Assembly: GCF_018977255.1 (NCBI RefSeq)
Contig: NW_024704749.1
Span: forward strand, 17,918,001 to 17,982,000
Length of the DNA stretch: 64,000 nt
Direction: 5' to 3'
Source: Callorhinchus milii
Taxonomy: Eukaryota
The notes under the pieces are model-generated. The model saw nothing but the letters and a program-made list of their open reading frames with translations. It ran no database searches and had not been told where the DNA came from. Positions 1 to 11,330 of this stretch are shown piece by piece (position 1 is the first letter of the stretch; every line of letters begins with the position of its first letter). Position numbers and translations under genes: made by a program.

Positions 1-1593
1 AAGTACTTCGCTACAGGATGAATCGAGGTTTTAAAAGCTACTTTACAAAAGTTGATAAAGTTACCGTCAAGGCTTTGCGAGGCCAGCAGCAACAGCATGA
101 GACGAGCAGTGACACCCATGAGGAAACCCTCCGTGATGTGCGATCAGCTCCGTGGAATAAAAGCAGTGACAAAGGCAGTATACAACAAAGCGCAGTGTGT
201 GTGTGTGTGTGCCAAAGCTCCTCACATTGAAAAAAGAGTGGACTTCAGTCGCGCTATCAATGGGTTTAAACTATTTCCCAATTGTCTTGAACTTGGCGCA
301 ATGTATCTCACATGAATTTGCTGCTGCATCTTCCCTTTAACCCTCTGTGGTACGAGCCTTTCTAAAAGAACTTTGTACAGCAATAACAACAACAACTTTA
401 CAGTAGATTCTGCAAAGCACCTTGAGGCGTCTCAACGACGTGATACGGCATTATATTCAAAAGCAAGGCTCATTATCAGTACCAACAACTTGCATTTTTC
501 TAGTACCCTTCACACGAGGCAGTTTGGTGGCATTACAATACAATAATCGTTAAATTTGATATAGCGCCTTTCACAGAGGGAGCGGGTCTCGAAGTGTTTC
601 ACAGGATTTACTATACAGGGCAATGTAACTTGTAGGAGAACGTGACAGCCAATTTACGCGCAGCATTTTTTTTGTCTCACGAACAGCCGAAGTTCCTAGA
701 AACCAGGTAACAAGCGAAGCACTGAATTAATCAGCACTGACCTGTGGAGTGGACCACCCCAGCCGCAGAGAATAAATGAGTTCTGTCCGTGACCATCACC
801 TAACTTGAGCAACAAAAAACAAAGCTAACAGAACTACGATACAAAACCTCAAACAGCAACAACTTAGAAAAGGAATTATATTTTCTTAAAGCACCAAATT
901 ATAGAAAGTTATATATATATATATAATATATATTATATAGATCTTATGGTGGAAATGGATCAACGTGGGTTAATCGGACCGAATCTCAGGAATTGGCTTG
1001 TGATGGGAAGGAGTGGGATTTAACAAAAGAGTTTTGGGGAAAAGGATAAGAGAATGGAGCTGCACGTCTCCTCAGCACAGGCACAATGGGCTGAATGGCC
1101 TCCTTCTGTGCTGCAATTTTCAGTGGTTATGTCACTCACTTCATGGACGATCGTTATGAACGGTGCTACGACCAAATGGGACTGCCGCTTTCGGTAAAAT
1201 CCTGACAAGCACTTTGGGACGTCTCGACGGTGTGATAAGCCGCTCTATCGAATACGAGGGTTATTGTTATATGGTTCTGTGTTTCCACTGATGTGGTAAA
1301 ATGAAGCAGCTCCCGGGTAACCTTGTATGTGAGAACACAGAGATAGTCGCTGTCCTCGATTGTACTTCAAGGTTATCACATGGAACATTCTCCAGATACT
1401 GATCTGTTTTGCAATAACATCTTTTATTAGCAGCTGCGTTATGGCAATGGCGTTTCAGCAGAAACCTGAGGGCTTTGCTGTCCGGGTTGGGCTCGGTTCA
1501 GAGAAGGGGCATAAGGTTGTGGGTTCAAGCACTTGGATTTGAGCTCAAACACTCCAGGGCGGTACTGGGGGCCACTTCACAGCATATACTCGA

Positions 1594-1940
1594 GGAGTCC
1601 CTTATCATGGTGGTAAGTGCGCGCTCCTCGCAAACAAGAGAACCCTGGTTCGATACCCGGGCGGGTTGAAGCCTTAGGCATGTTTCCTTACTCTGCATGT
1701 CTCTGTTTACCCAGCAGCAAGTAGGAACTCGGTTGTGAGTCGATTGGCAGATCGCTTTCCAGGAATAATAATCCCTTAAAAAAAATTGGTTGCTCAATCC
1801 ACGACTGTTTGTGGGACACTGCTATGCACAATAGGCTCTGTGTTTCGCCCACAAAATACACAGTCAATCCACTTTACAATATATTCTGTCTCAACGATGT
1901 GATAAGGCGCTATATCAATTGCAAGGATTATGACTTATTA
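1594..1940 (+). mobile_element. tRNA-derived SINE family A (SINE2-1_CM-like), near full length
   Basis: tRNA-like head with B box GGTTCGATACCC; core gctgtttgtgggaca..gctgtgcgcaattggctgcc; tail gcgctatatcaa.tgcaaggattat. Confidence 0.8.
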
Positions 1941-2928
1941 TACTGTATAAAGAAGCGTCTGTGCATTTTGTAGGCAAATGTGGCAGCCAATTTGACCACA
2001 GCGATATCCCACAAACCACCATGAAGTTTGAATGACCAGTTTTATTTTAAGAGGTTTATTGCAGTAATATTGAACATGAACATTTAAGCCCATTTCCTTC
2101 ATTCTGAAAGGGGGATATTTTTAAATTATTTAACTTTATGCAGTTAAGGAATCAACCCCTTTCCCGGTCATTACTGCCTCCCTCAGGCTGTCTCTAGTAA
2201 AAGTGGATATACCCAGGAAAGGGCTCTTACTGTAGGTGGGTGGGAATGACAGGTTAGGAAAGTGGGGCAAGTGATGGGAAGAATAACCGATATTGACACA
2301 GAGATGTTAAAGAAAATAAAAGGCTCAAACACTTTACAAAAGCTGACTGGTTCGAAATGATGCAATGTTGTTATATAGGCAAATAATAACAATCCTTACA
2401 TTTGATAATAGTGCCTTTTATATCAGGAGCGTGTGTGTGAACGCTTCACGTGATTTAGCGACTTGGTGTTAGTGTAGTGACTGTGTTTTGTTTAGGTGAA
2501 GGTGTGGGCACATGCTGTGCAAAAGTAACGTCCCACAAGCAACGAGCGAAATTAAAATGATCAAGAATAAACAAGAGGAAATCAAAGACGGAGCAAAAAT
2601 GGAAAAAAGAAACAAAGTGGGAATCAGCAAGGTTTTAGAGCGGCAGCCAGTAACTGTACACAGAGATTCAGAAACCTTGATCAAGCAATGGCAGAGCAGG
2701 AGCAATCAGAGATTAATGCATTTAATCAAGATTAATTGATACGTTGAAGTTTACTGTGGGTATTAGCTGATTCTGGGAAGCACGTTTTAGGATTAATCAT
2801 GCTACTGGTCAGGGATTTATTAATCGGCGAGATTAATAGTGGGGAATAAACTATCATGGCACAGACATGTCAAACCGAACAACCTCCACACTTGCTGTTT
2901 CTTTGACTTTATGGGACTTGTACACTAT

Positions 2929-3250
2929 TTTAATAATAATCCTTGCACTTGATATAGCGCCTTATCACGTCTTTGAGACGTCTCAAAGTGCTTCACAGGA
3001 TATACTGCAAAAGTGGGCCGACTGTGTATTTCGTGGGCGAAACGCGACAGCCAATTGTGCACAGCAGTGCCCCACAAACAGTCGTGGGTTGAGTGACCAA
3101 ATTATTATTATTTTCTTTTGAAGGGATTATTACCCACGGAAAGCTCCAGCTAATCGACTAACAATCAGGTTCCTACTTACTGCTAGGTAAACAGAGGCAT
3201 GGGTGTGGAGTAAGGAAACGTGCCTAAGGTTTCACCCTGCCTGGGGCGAA
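2929..3250 (-). mobile_element. SINE family A, 5'-truncated
   Basis: Same core and (TTA)n tail, reversed. Confidence 0.8.
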
Positions 3251-4949
3251 ATTTTGTACACTAAGACAAATTTAGCACTGATTTGCTCTAACCAGCCCAA
3301 CCACCATTAAGCAGTTTGGTCACGCTCCTGTGGGTACGTGATGCCCTTTTAAATATATTAGCAAAATCCAAATCTGAAGTACAACTTACAAAAGCCATTC
3401 TCTGGCAATCAGATCAGAAACATATTCTTTGTACGCTGGAGCTGAGGGTTAGGTGCTTATCGAGGTTTATTGTGTGCAACCTTATTACTTCAAAGCAAAC
3501 AAAGTCTAAAAGCAATTACTGACTGCAGCAATGTCCACATTGAAATAAGAGGAAGGGAGGGGGGTAAGGGGTAAAGGGTGGAGGGGGAGGGAATCCGCTA
3601 AGGTCAAGCAGCAGTGCTGGGGATCTGCTTTCATCTCCATCCCTTCCTTCTGCCCCTATGTGGCGTCACTGTTTCCAGCATTGGGGAGGACAGGGAGCAG
3701 GCAAGGCAACATGTCAAACCACTGCTTGAAATAGCCTTTCAGGTGTCAAACCTGGCTCGGTTAGTAGCCGTCTCGCTTGCTCCTCGAGTCAGAAGGTAGG
3801 CGATTTGCACGTCCCATGCCAGAATTTTGAAACTCACAGCTTAGGCTGATATTCTCCGGGGGAGCGAGCACTGGATTATTGGAGGTGCCGTCCTTCAGAT
3901 GCAACATTAAACCAAGATTCCATCCACCTGTGAAACGAGATATATAAATTCAATGCATTCTTGTTGTTACATCAAATGCAGGGCTTATTATCAGTTATTA
4001 AAGAGGGGTGTGAGATGCCTCTGATTTCATCTTTATTCCATATAAAGCACGTACGTCACATTTCCTCTCATTGCTCGTCTCCCACTGCTCCCCTCTCATA
4101 GTATTTCCCCCCCCCCACCCCATCCATCATCCACCCACCACTGCTCCCCACCTCCCTGGTATGGTTGACATCAGGAACTACGGGCCCCTGTTTCAAACGG
4201 GCCAAGAAGGAAGGCAGATTAACAGGCCTGTTGCCCGGCTCAGACATTCAGCAGAGTGTAGCGACCTTCCATTCCTGAGCCACAAATAGCTTTGATCAAG
4301 CAGCCTATTCCCGCCAAGACCTCGAGGAGAGAGCGATTGCTGCAGCACTACACTCCAGCACAGCAAAGCCCTTATTATAACAAAAGTCATCAGCCATTAT
4401 GACTGGGAATAAATGACCCATCTTCCATTTACAGGATTAAGGGCAGGCCCCACAGAGGCTGACCCCAGCCCATCGTTCCCGAGTCAGACTAGCGGTCAAG
4501 CTAGTGAAAGGGAATGGCCGGTTGCAGGTTTCTGATGTTGGGAGAAAGCATCTAAAGGCAATAATGATAATAACAATCCTTGCATTTGATATAGCGCCTT
4601 ATCGCGTCGATGAGACGTCTCAAAGCGCTTCACAGGATATACTGTAAAGGGGATTGACGATGGGCTTCTGCAGAGCTCACCAGCGAGAGACAACACGATT
4701 AAAAGGCTTTTCTTGTGCAAGTGCAGGCACGTACAGATGTTTCCGCAGATGTCGCTTCAAGTCACGTGGGATCAGTAGACGCCGTTACTTAGCAACAGTG
4801 TTCATCTCACAAAGACCGCCTCAGAGACGACTGCAGCCCCATATCATTAACCTCTAAATACAAACCACCACTAGAGAACCATAAGAATAAACCTACACGT
4901 CGCAATTCTGTATATTTATTGACTTCCTACATTGATCTAACATACAGTG

Positions 4950-5190
4950 CGTCAGCCTGGCTCAGTGGTAACACTCTCACCTCGGAGTCAGGAGGTTGTG
5001 GGTCCAAGCCCCACATCGGGTCTTGGAATCACATTGTCTAAGCTGACACTATAAGGCACACCTTTGTTAAACCGAGGTCCTGTCTGCTTGTTCAGGTGGA
5101 TGTTGGAGATCCCATGGCACTATTCGAAAAGAGAAGTGAGTTTCTCCCGGTGTCCTGGCCAACATTCCCCCAAATAAAATTGGTCACTCA
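4950..5190 (+). mobile_element. SINE family B (SacSINE1/DeuSINE-like), partial
   Basis: gtcagcctggctcagtggtaacactctcacctc..gagtcag head and ttaaaccgaggtcctgtctg..gatcccatggcactattcg core. Confidence 0.75.
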
Positions 5191-8100
5191 CTCCACCATT
5201 GGCAGTTAGGCGTTCAACCTACCTGCCTCCACTCTCTAGAACTCCATCCTGGAATCCCTTCACTCCCTACCTCCATCACCTTGTTCAAATTCCGTCTCAA
5301 CACCTGCCTCTTTGACTCAGACTGAGCTTTCAATCCTTTGCCCTTCCTGCCCTCCTTGGTTCCCACCCCCAGCTAGGGAGCCAAGACAGGACTGCTAAGA
5401 CACCTTGGGACGTCTTCCTGATGTGAAGGAGCTATGCTATATAAATGTAAGAATGCATTGCATTGATTCATGCTGAAACAACATGCACTTTCAACGTCTG
5501 CAATTCCAGCCACATCCAAAACTACTTTGATGGAGTCTGTAGTGACCTAAGCTACCAGAAGCCGGAGCAAACCTGTGCAGTCTTAATTCAGAGAAGCTAT
5601 CAGACAGAATTCACACAAGAAACACCTTGTTTATAGTCATGCGGTCATATACTTATTGATTGTTTTGCATAACGTTGATGCTCAACTTCATCAAACAGCT
5701 AATATTGCGGGTGAATGGTTTGAGAACAAAAGAAAGCAAAAACTATTCAGCCTTCAAAGTCAACTAGTGGCTCAGTGCAGACTGAGTGAGGTCACTGTGG
5801 AGTAAAAGAATAAAAAGCACAATCCAGTGACTGCTGGAAATAAACCAGTGGTTCAGGATCTTAAAGAAAAGCAGATCAATGTTCCGGGTTAAACATTCAC
5901 TAGACCTTCCTCTTTGACCATGGCTTCAGTCATTCTCCCACACTCGCCTCCCTTCCCCTCCACCCCTCTGGACACCAACCCCCAGCTCGGAATGCAAATG
6001 CTTGGGTGTCCTCCTGACGTGAATAATAATCATAATAATAATCCTTGCACTTGATACAGCGCCTTATCAGTTCGATGCGACATCTCAAAGCTCTTTGCAG
6101 AATATATTGTAAAGTGGAGTGACTGTGCACTTGCAGGCGAAACATGACTGGCAATTGTGCACAGCAGTTTCTCACGAACAGTGGTACATTATATGTTTTT
6201 ATATACAAATATAGAGGTGCAATTTACTGTTGTAGAAGGAGTAGCCGACACGCTCCTTCGATGTTTCCAGCATTTGTGTTTCATTCCAATCCTCTAACAA
6301 TCATTCACTTTTGGAGACTTTTTAAACAACTGACCTTGAACTGAGCACCAAGTCTGATAATAAAACTGCAGCTAGTTATCAGCAATCAAAATAATGACTT
6401 GGACTTCGGTGATCAAAAGTCAAGAGGGCATCACTGGGAATGGAAACCAAGCTTCATCACTTTTTAACTGCAGCATCAGCAACTCGCCATCTCAGTTCCT
6501 CAGCACAGCTTCATGCCTACTCTCTCTTTCAACACTAGCACATTACCCCCTCAGTCAAACCCACGCATTATTAATAATATTAATAATAATAATGTTCCTT
6601 GCATTTGATACAGTGCCTTTTACAGTAGGTGGTCTCAAAATGCTCCACCTCATCACTCACTGACTCACTCATTCCCATGCAGACAGTCGCCTCCACACTC
6701 ACTCACCACGCACTCACTCTCCACACATTTTGGGAGAAGTTCTATTATACGGGTGTTTGTTCACAAAGTCAATATACCCACCCACCACCCCCCACTGTTG
6801 TTTTTTTCTTACAATGATTGCTTTTTATTTTCTGTTGCAAATGACTCGAGCGTAACAATGTTTTGACACCAGTAACTTCCTCCTCACTCCATCCATGTTA
6901 CAGAACGGGTTGTGCCAAACATGGCGACGGATCATTATCTGCCATGAAAATGACAGTGCTCACACACGCCCACACTGATCCTCTGGACGCCTGAACAGTT
7001 AAAACACTTGTACTGAACACAATTAAGTTCTTCTGAACACAATTTTCATCATTCTTCCACGTTTTCAGTTGTTGGTCAGTGCACTGTGGGGGTAACATGA
7101 CTTTGTGAACAACCTGTACTCTTAACCATGGCTGTGATCGTTGACAGGCGTGACCTGAAGCTGGGGAAGGATGGGGCAAGGCGGAGGGATTGCAGGAGAG
7201 TTCCAGAGTTTCGGGGCTTAGGGGCTGAAAGCACGGTCACTGATGGTGGAATGGACGGCAGGAGGGACAAGCAGGAGGCTGGAGCCAGTCCAGTAGAGGC
7301 ACCAGGTAGTGGGTTGGGGTGTAAGTAGGTCTGAGAAGTATTTAGAGGGATGTATAGAGGTCTCAGCAGGTCTGGTTGGTGCTGGGTTGGATTTCATAGG
7401 AAGGTGTGGCCATTTTCCAGTCCTTGAAGCAACTGATTGCTTCTCTTGGGTTTCTACTGTGTGGGAGACAACAGTGAGGGAACGCTGCTGCCTTGCTCAC
7501 TGTGAGGAAGATGCTCAACGATATTGTGATATGAATAGGGACTAGATTTCAAACACTTCAAAAGCAAAATCCGCAACCGCCTGAGACAAGACACAAAGCA
7601 TTTCTGCTGGAAAGAATCAACACTGCCACTAACATGTAGCGAATCTCACTATTCAACAGTTTCTGCTTAAATACAAGAATAAAATCATTGAACAATTAAA
7701 AAGATTAAAGGAATGAAGAAACCTAATGTTTCGGATGTCTTACGGTGACGTTACTGGCAGCGGTTGGCAAAGCCTGGGAATGAATTGAACGCTTATGGCA
7801 ACAGCAACAGAAGCAAAACCACATGGATAACTGGGAGGCGCACACAGCCTGAACACTGATCTGCAGGATATCTGGCAGAGCCTCTCAAGTGTGTTAGTTG
7901 CTGACGTCAATAGAGCAGCATCTACTGCAGGAGACCTGAGGTGAAACATCGGGTAGGGAAAGCAGGTTAAAATAGAAATCGTCAGGCTTCCCTAATGGCT
8001 CGTGAGTTAATGCATTGTCTGCAGTGGTATTAAACCGACAGATGAAAAGGTTTCCAGATTCATCCCCTTGTAATCATCCCCTTTTAGCTGATCACAGTGG

Positions 8101-8332
8101 TGGAAGTACTGATAGGGATTGATAATTGATCTCCGTGTTCTCAGGGGATAGAAACTTTTGTGAATTGTCCCAATTCAGAGCGCAAAGGCAAAATAAATTC
8201 TGAAAAAGCATCAAGTTTGCAAAGAGGGTTCTCATGGAAACAGTCTCTTCATTGTTTATGTGTAGCAATACCCTCATGCTCAATACAAAATGCTCTGCCA
8301 CAGTTAAACAGAACAAGGAGGACCAGACATAA

Positions 8333-8338
8333 TTTAAT
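8333..8338 (-). terminator. PHPT1: Candidate PHPT1 poly(A) signal (ATTAAA)
   Basis: ATTAAA on the minus strand about 180 nt after the stop, followed by a T/GT-rich tract (ttatgtctggtcctccttgttctgttt). Confidence 0.5.
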
Positions 8339-8516
8339 TTACAATACAGCATTACATTATTACTCAGAGAAAGACGCACAGCACATTTCCAGGAAAGGGT
8401 TTAAGACTTGAGGCCAATGAAAGGCATTTCAGCTCCTGATGCACCATCAATCCCTCACTTCACATAGAGGATGTCTCGGAGTGCAGTGTTATGCATACAG
8501 TCAGACTGCAGCAATG

Positions 8517-8609
8517 TTAGTAACCCTCATTTGACCATGAAATACTGTAATCTGGATACTTGGCTTTCAATTTCTCTGTAGTGATTTCATGTTTCGCTCT
8601 ACCAAAGCC
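8517..8609 (-). CDS. PHPT1: 14 kDa phosphohistidine phosphatase, coding exon 3 ([30 protein letters not shown])
   Basis: Acceptor tttctctgtag; translation matches the PHPT1 C-terminus (human [30 protein letters not shown]); TAA at 8517-8519. Confidence 0.95.
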   Translation of the reverse strand, partial: GFGRAKHEITTEKLKAKYPDYSISWSNEGY

Positions 8610-8713
8610 CTACAGAGAAAGAACAAGAGCAAAGTATGTCAAATCGTTAAGAGGGAAGGCTGTAATTACTGTAAATAGCTAGTAATTTTAATCTAGCTAG
8701 AAAAGATATTTAC

Positions 8714-8838
8714 CACAGAATAGCCATAGACATTGATGGTCTTGTCTTGGCTGTTGTGCTGTATTCGACCACCTCCTTTGCAGTCACACTTCATTCCCTT
8801 TTTCTCAAGCTGATCCACCACCTTATCAAATATATCAC
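8714..8838 (-). CDS. PHPT1: PHPT1 coding exon 2 ([42 protein letters not shown])
   Basis: AG/GT boundaries, phase 1 to phase 0; Janus/PHP14 motifs CxCxGGGRIxH and VYGYS. Confidence 0.95.
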
Positions 8839-9335
8839 CTGTGGTTGGTAAAAAAACAAAAGCCCATGTTACACCAACACCAACTACCCCTGCAAACCCT
8901 GAGCCAGAATCATTGTTACGCTATCCAAAACAGTGTATTAACTCGCTAGATGTTTTTCAATAAAGGAAACACAGGCATTCTTCCCTCTAAAATGCGTCTG
9001 CACATTACTGCATAACATACGTTGGGCCGAGAGATCAGTGCCAGTTTGCGTTTGGCCCACTCTTGACAGCTCCCCCTACTGGGTCTGTGCGCTGCCGATA
9101 GGAGAGATGTTCCTCATGCAGGGAGATGCTGTCGGTAGCCTGGGAATAGGACAGGGAGGTTAGGACAGGAAAGGCTTTTACACACAGCAGCCACAGAGCA
9201 GTTTGCGGGGGTGACAGTTCAAGTAGTTCAAGTAAATCTAAGGTAAGCTGGCACGCGATTTGCTTTTCAGAAAGAGAACAGCTCAAGACACAGGTTATCA
9301 TAATCCCCAGACTGGCCCTGACGTAACGTAACTTC

Positions 9336-9660
9336 TAATAATAATAATAATAATCCTCGCATTTGATATAGCGCTTTTCACGTCGGGAGGACGTCCCGAA
9401 GCGCTTCACAGAACACACTGTAAAGTGAATTGACTGTATATTTGTGGGCGAACGCGGCAGCCAATTGCGCACAGCAATGTCCCACAGACAGTCGTAGATT
9501 GAAAATGACCAATTTATTATTGTTTTTGGTTTTGGAGGGATTATTATTAGGCTCTGTGTGGAGTAAGGAAACTTGCCCAAGGTTTCGCCCTCTGCCTGGA
9601 ATTGAACTCAGGTCTCTCACTTGCAAAGCGAGTGCTCTAACCACTGAGCTACAGGACTCC
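9336..9660 (-). mobile_element. SINE family A, young internally deleted subfamily
   Basis: Head GGAGTCCTGTAGCTCAGTGGTTAGAGCACTCGC with A and B boxes; nearly identical to 62527-62855. Confidence 0.9.
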
Positions 9661-9914
9661 ACAGTCCTTGAGGTGATGCTGCTCACCCCCTCAAGACTTC
9701 AACATCATCCGCAGAGTCAGGGGTTTTTATTTGGAGGGGGTGAGGGCAGCCATTTGCGTGGAACGCAGCTCGTCGGGAGTGCCATATCCCGCTCCCCATC
9801 CCACCCCACCCAACAGGGCTGTGGTTGGCAGGGTTACTAGGAGCTGATTCCCTGTCTCGCCCCCCCCCCCCCCCAGTGACTGGTCTGTCCTTCCAGGGTT
9901 CTGCTGATGAGCCA

Positions 9915-10206
9915 GGCTGGGCTGGGGGGGCTGGGCTGGGGGCTGGGCTGGGGGGGCTGGGCTGGGGGGGAGGGGCTGGGCTGGGCTGGGGGGGCTGGGC
10001 TGGGGGGGGGGGGGCTGGGCTGGGGGGGGCTGGGCTGGGGGGGGGCTGGGGGGGCTGGGCTGGGGGGGGGGGCCTGGCTGGGGGGGGGGGCGGGCTGGGC
10101 TGGGGGGGGGAGGGGGGGCCGGGCTGGGGGGGGGGGGGGGGGGGGGGGGGGGGGAGGGGGGGCCGGGCTGGGGGGGGGGGGGGGGGGGGGCTGGGCTGGG
10201 GGGGGC
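9915..10206 (+). repeat. G-rich (GGGCT-Gn) tandem/low-complexity repeat in PHPT1 intron 1
   Basis: About 290 bp made almost entirely of GGGCT pentamers separated by G runs. Confidence 0.9.
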
Positions 10207-10560
10207 GGTGCCGGGCTATGTTGAGCGGATCCCTGGAGTACTACAGGCCCAGGCGTCACGGCGACACTAGGCCCGATCCCCGGTATCTCCCCTTCCTCCT
10301 CCCGGGGGGGGTGTTACCGTGATACTCGGCCCAGGACCAGCCCCTCACGATGTCCTTCTTGCCGCCGCCGCCGCCGCCGGTTCTGCACACGCGCACGAGG
10401 ACATATTTGAAGGTGCCGTCGGCGTCGATGTCCACATCCGGGACCTGCGCCAACTCGGCCGCTGCCATGACTCCGGCTCCCGCGCGGACACCGCCTCCTG
10501 GAGCATGCGCACAACCCGCGTCGGGGGGAAAAAAAGGGGCAGGCGCTTTATTAAAGGGGC
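10200..10560 (-). promoter_or_regulatory. PHPT1: CpG island / PHPT1 promoter with NRF1-like site
   Basis: CpG-dense around exon 1; TGCGCATGCTC (minus strand, about 10501-10511) resembles the NRF1 consensus GCGCATGCGC. Confidence 0.65.
10318..10468 (-). CDS. PHPT1: PHPT1 coding exon 1 ([27 protein letters not shown]...[11 protein letters not shown])
   Basis: ATG in Kozak-like context; DVDID.GxFKYVL and RGxxWAEYH motifs (catalytic His, human H53); donor gtaac at 10317. Spliced product 122 aa. Confidence 0.96.
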
Positions 10561-10691
10561 AGGCGCCTTATTAAAGGGGCAGGTACCTTTTAAAGGGACA
10601 GGCGCCTTACTAAAGGGACAGGCGCCTTACTAAAGGGACAGGCGCCTTACTAAAGGGACAGGCGCCTTACTAAAGGGACAGGCGCCTTACT
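10533..10691 (+). repeat. 20-bp minisatellite, 8 copies (AAAGGGACAGGCGCCTTACT)
   Basis: Five identical units at 10592-10691 plus three diverged units at 10533-10591. Confidence 0.95.
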
Positions 10692-10749
10692 AAAGGACAA
10701 AGGCTCTGTTAAACGTTTGAACAAATTGCAAATACTTTTTTGCGAGTCA

Positions 10750-10960
10750 TTAATAATAATAATAATAATAATAACCCTCGCATTTCATACGGCGCCTGGT
10801 CGCATCGTCTGGACGTCTCAAGGCGCTTCACAGGATACGCTGTAAAGTGAATTGACCGCCTATTTGGTGGGAGCGAAACGCGGCAGCCCATTGCGCGCAG
10901 CAGCGTCCCACAGTCGTGGATTGAGCGATCAAATTATTGTTATTATTATTATTATTTTTG
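10750..10960 (-). mobile_element. SINE 3' half
   Basis: Core plus (TTA)n tail. Confidence 0.75.
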
Positions 10961-11134
10961 AAGCCATTATTAAGAGTGCTTTTAGAACCAGAAATTGGTT
11001 TATTGGGCATCAGGAACAACTTGCACAAATGTAATAATGGATAAAGCGCTTTTCACGTCCAGAGGGTGTCTCTAAGTCCCTCACCGGATTTACTGTGACG
11101 TGTAGTGACTGTATATTTTGTTGGCAAATTCTCT

Positions 11135-11330
11135 ACCCCAGAAGCCTGGCGATGCTCAGTCCTTGAACATATTCAAGACTGAAGTTGATAGATTTCTAAA
11201 GGATAGAGGGATTTAGGGATATGGGGATAGAGCGGGTAAATGGAATAGAAGATCAGCCATGATCTTATTGAATGGTGGGGCAGGCTCGAGGGGCCGAATG
11301 GCCTACTCCTGCTCCTACATCTTATGGTAT
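11135..11330 (+). mobile_element. CR1-clade (HER1-like) LINE 3' end
   Basis: ttcaagactgaagttgatagattt...gatcagccatgatcttattgaatgg...ggctcgaggggccgaatggcctactcctgctcct tail. Confidence 0.8.

Noticed and set aside
4496-4720. Signal-peptide-like ORF MHKKSLLIVLSLAG as MAMDC4 exon 1
   Set aside because: Starts at TTG, with no in-frame ATG before an upstream stop; not supportable as CDS.
9585-9660. tRNA-like sequence (also 62780-62855)
   Set aside because: A and B boxes are present but there is no proper acceptor stem, and it runs straight into the SINE body; it is a SINE head, not a tRNA gene.
9335-9840. Recurring peptides such as [13 protein letters not shown] / KRFETSRRR / [11 protein letters not shown] in many short ORFs
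   Set aside because: Translations of the dispersed SINE core, not a protein family.
9825-10322. Gly-rich and Pro-rich ORFs
   Set aside because: Translations of the G-rich intronic repeat.
10533-10691. CRISPR-like regular repeat
   Set aside because: No unique spacers, no cas genes, eukaryotic context.
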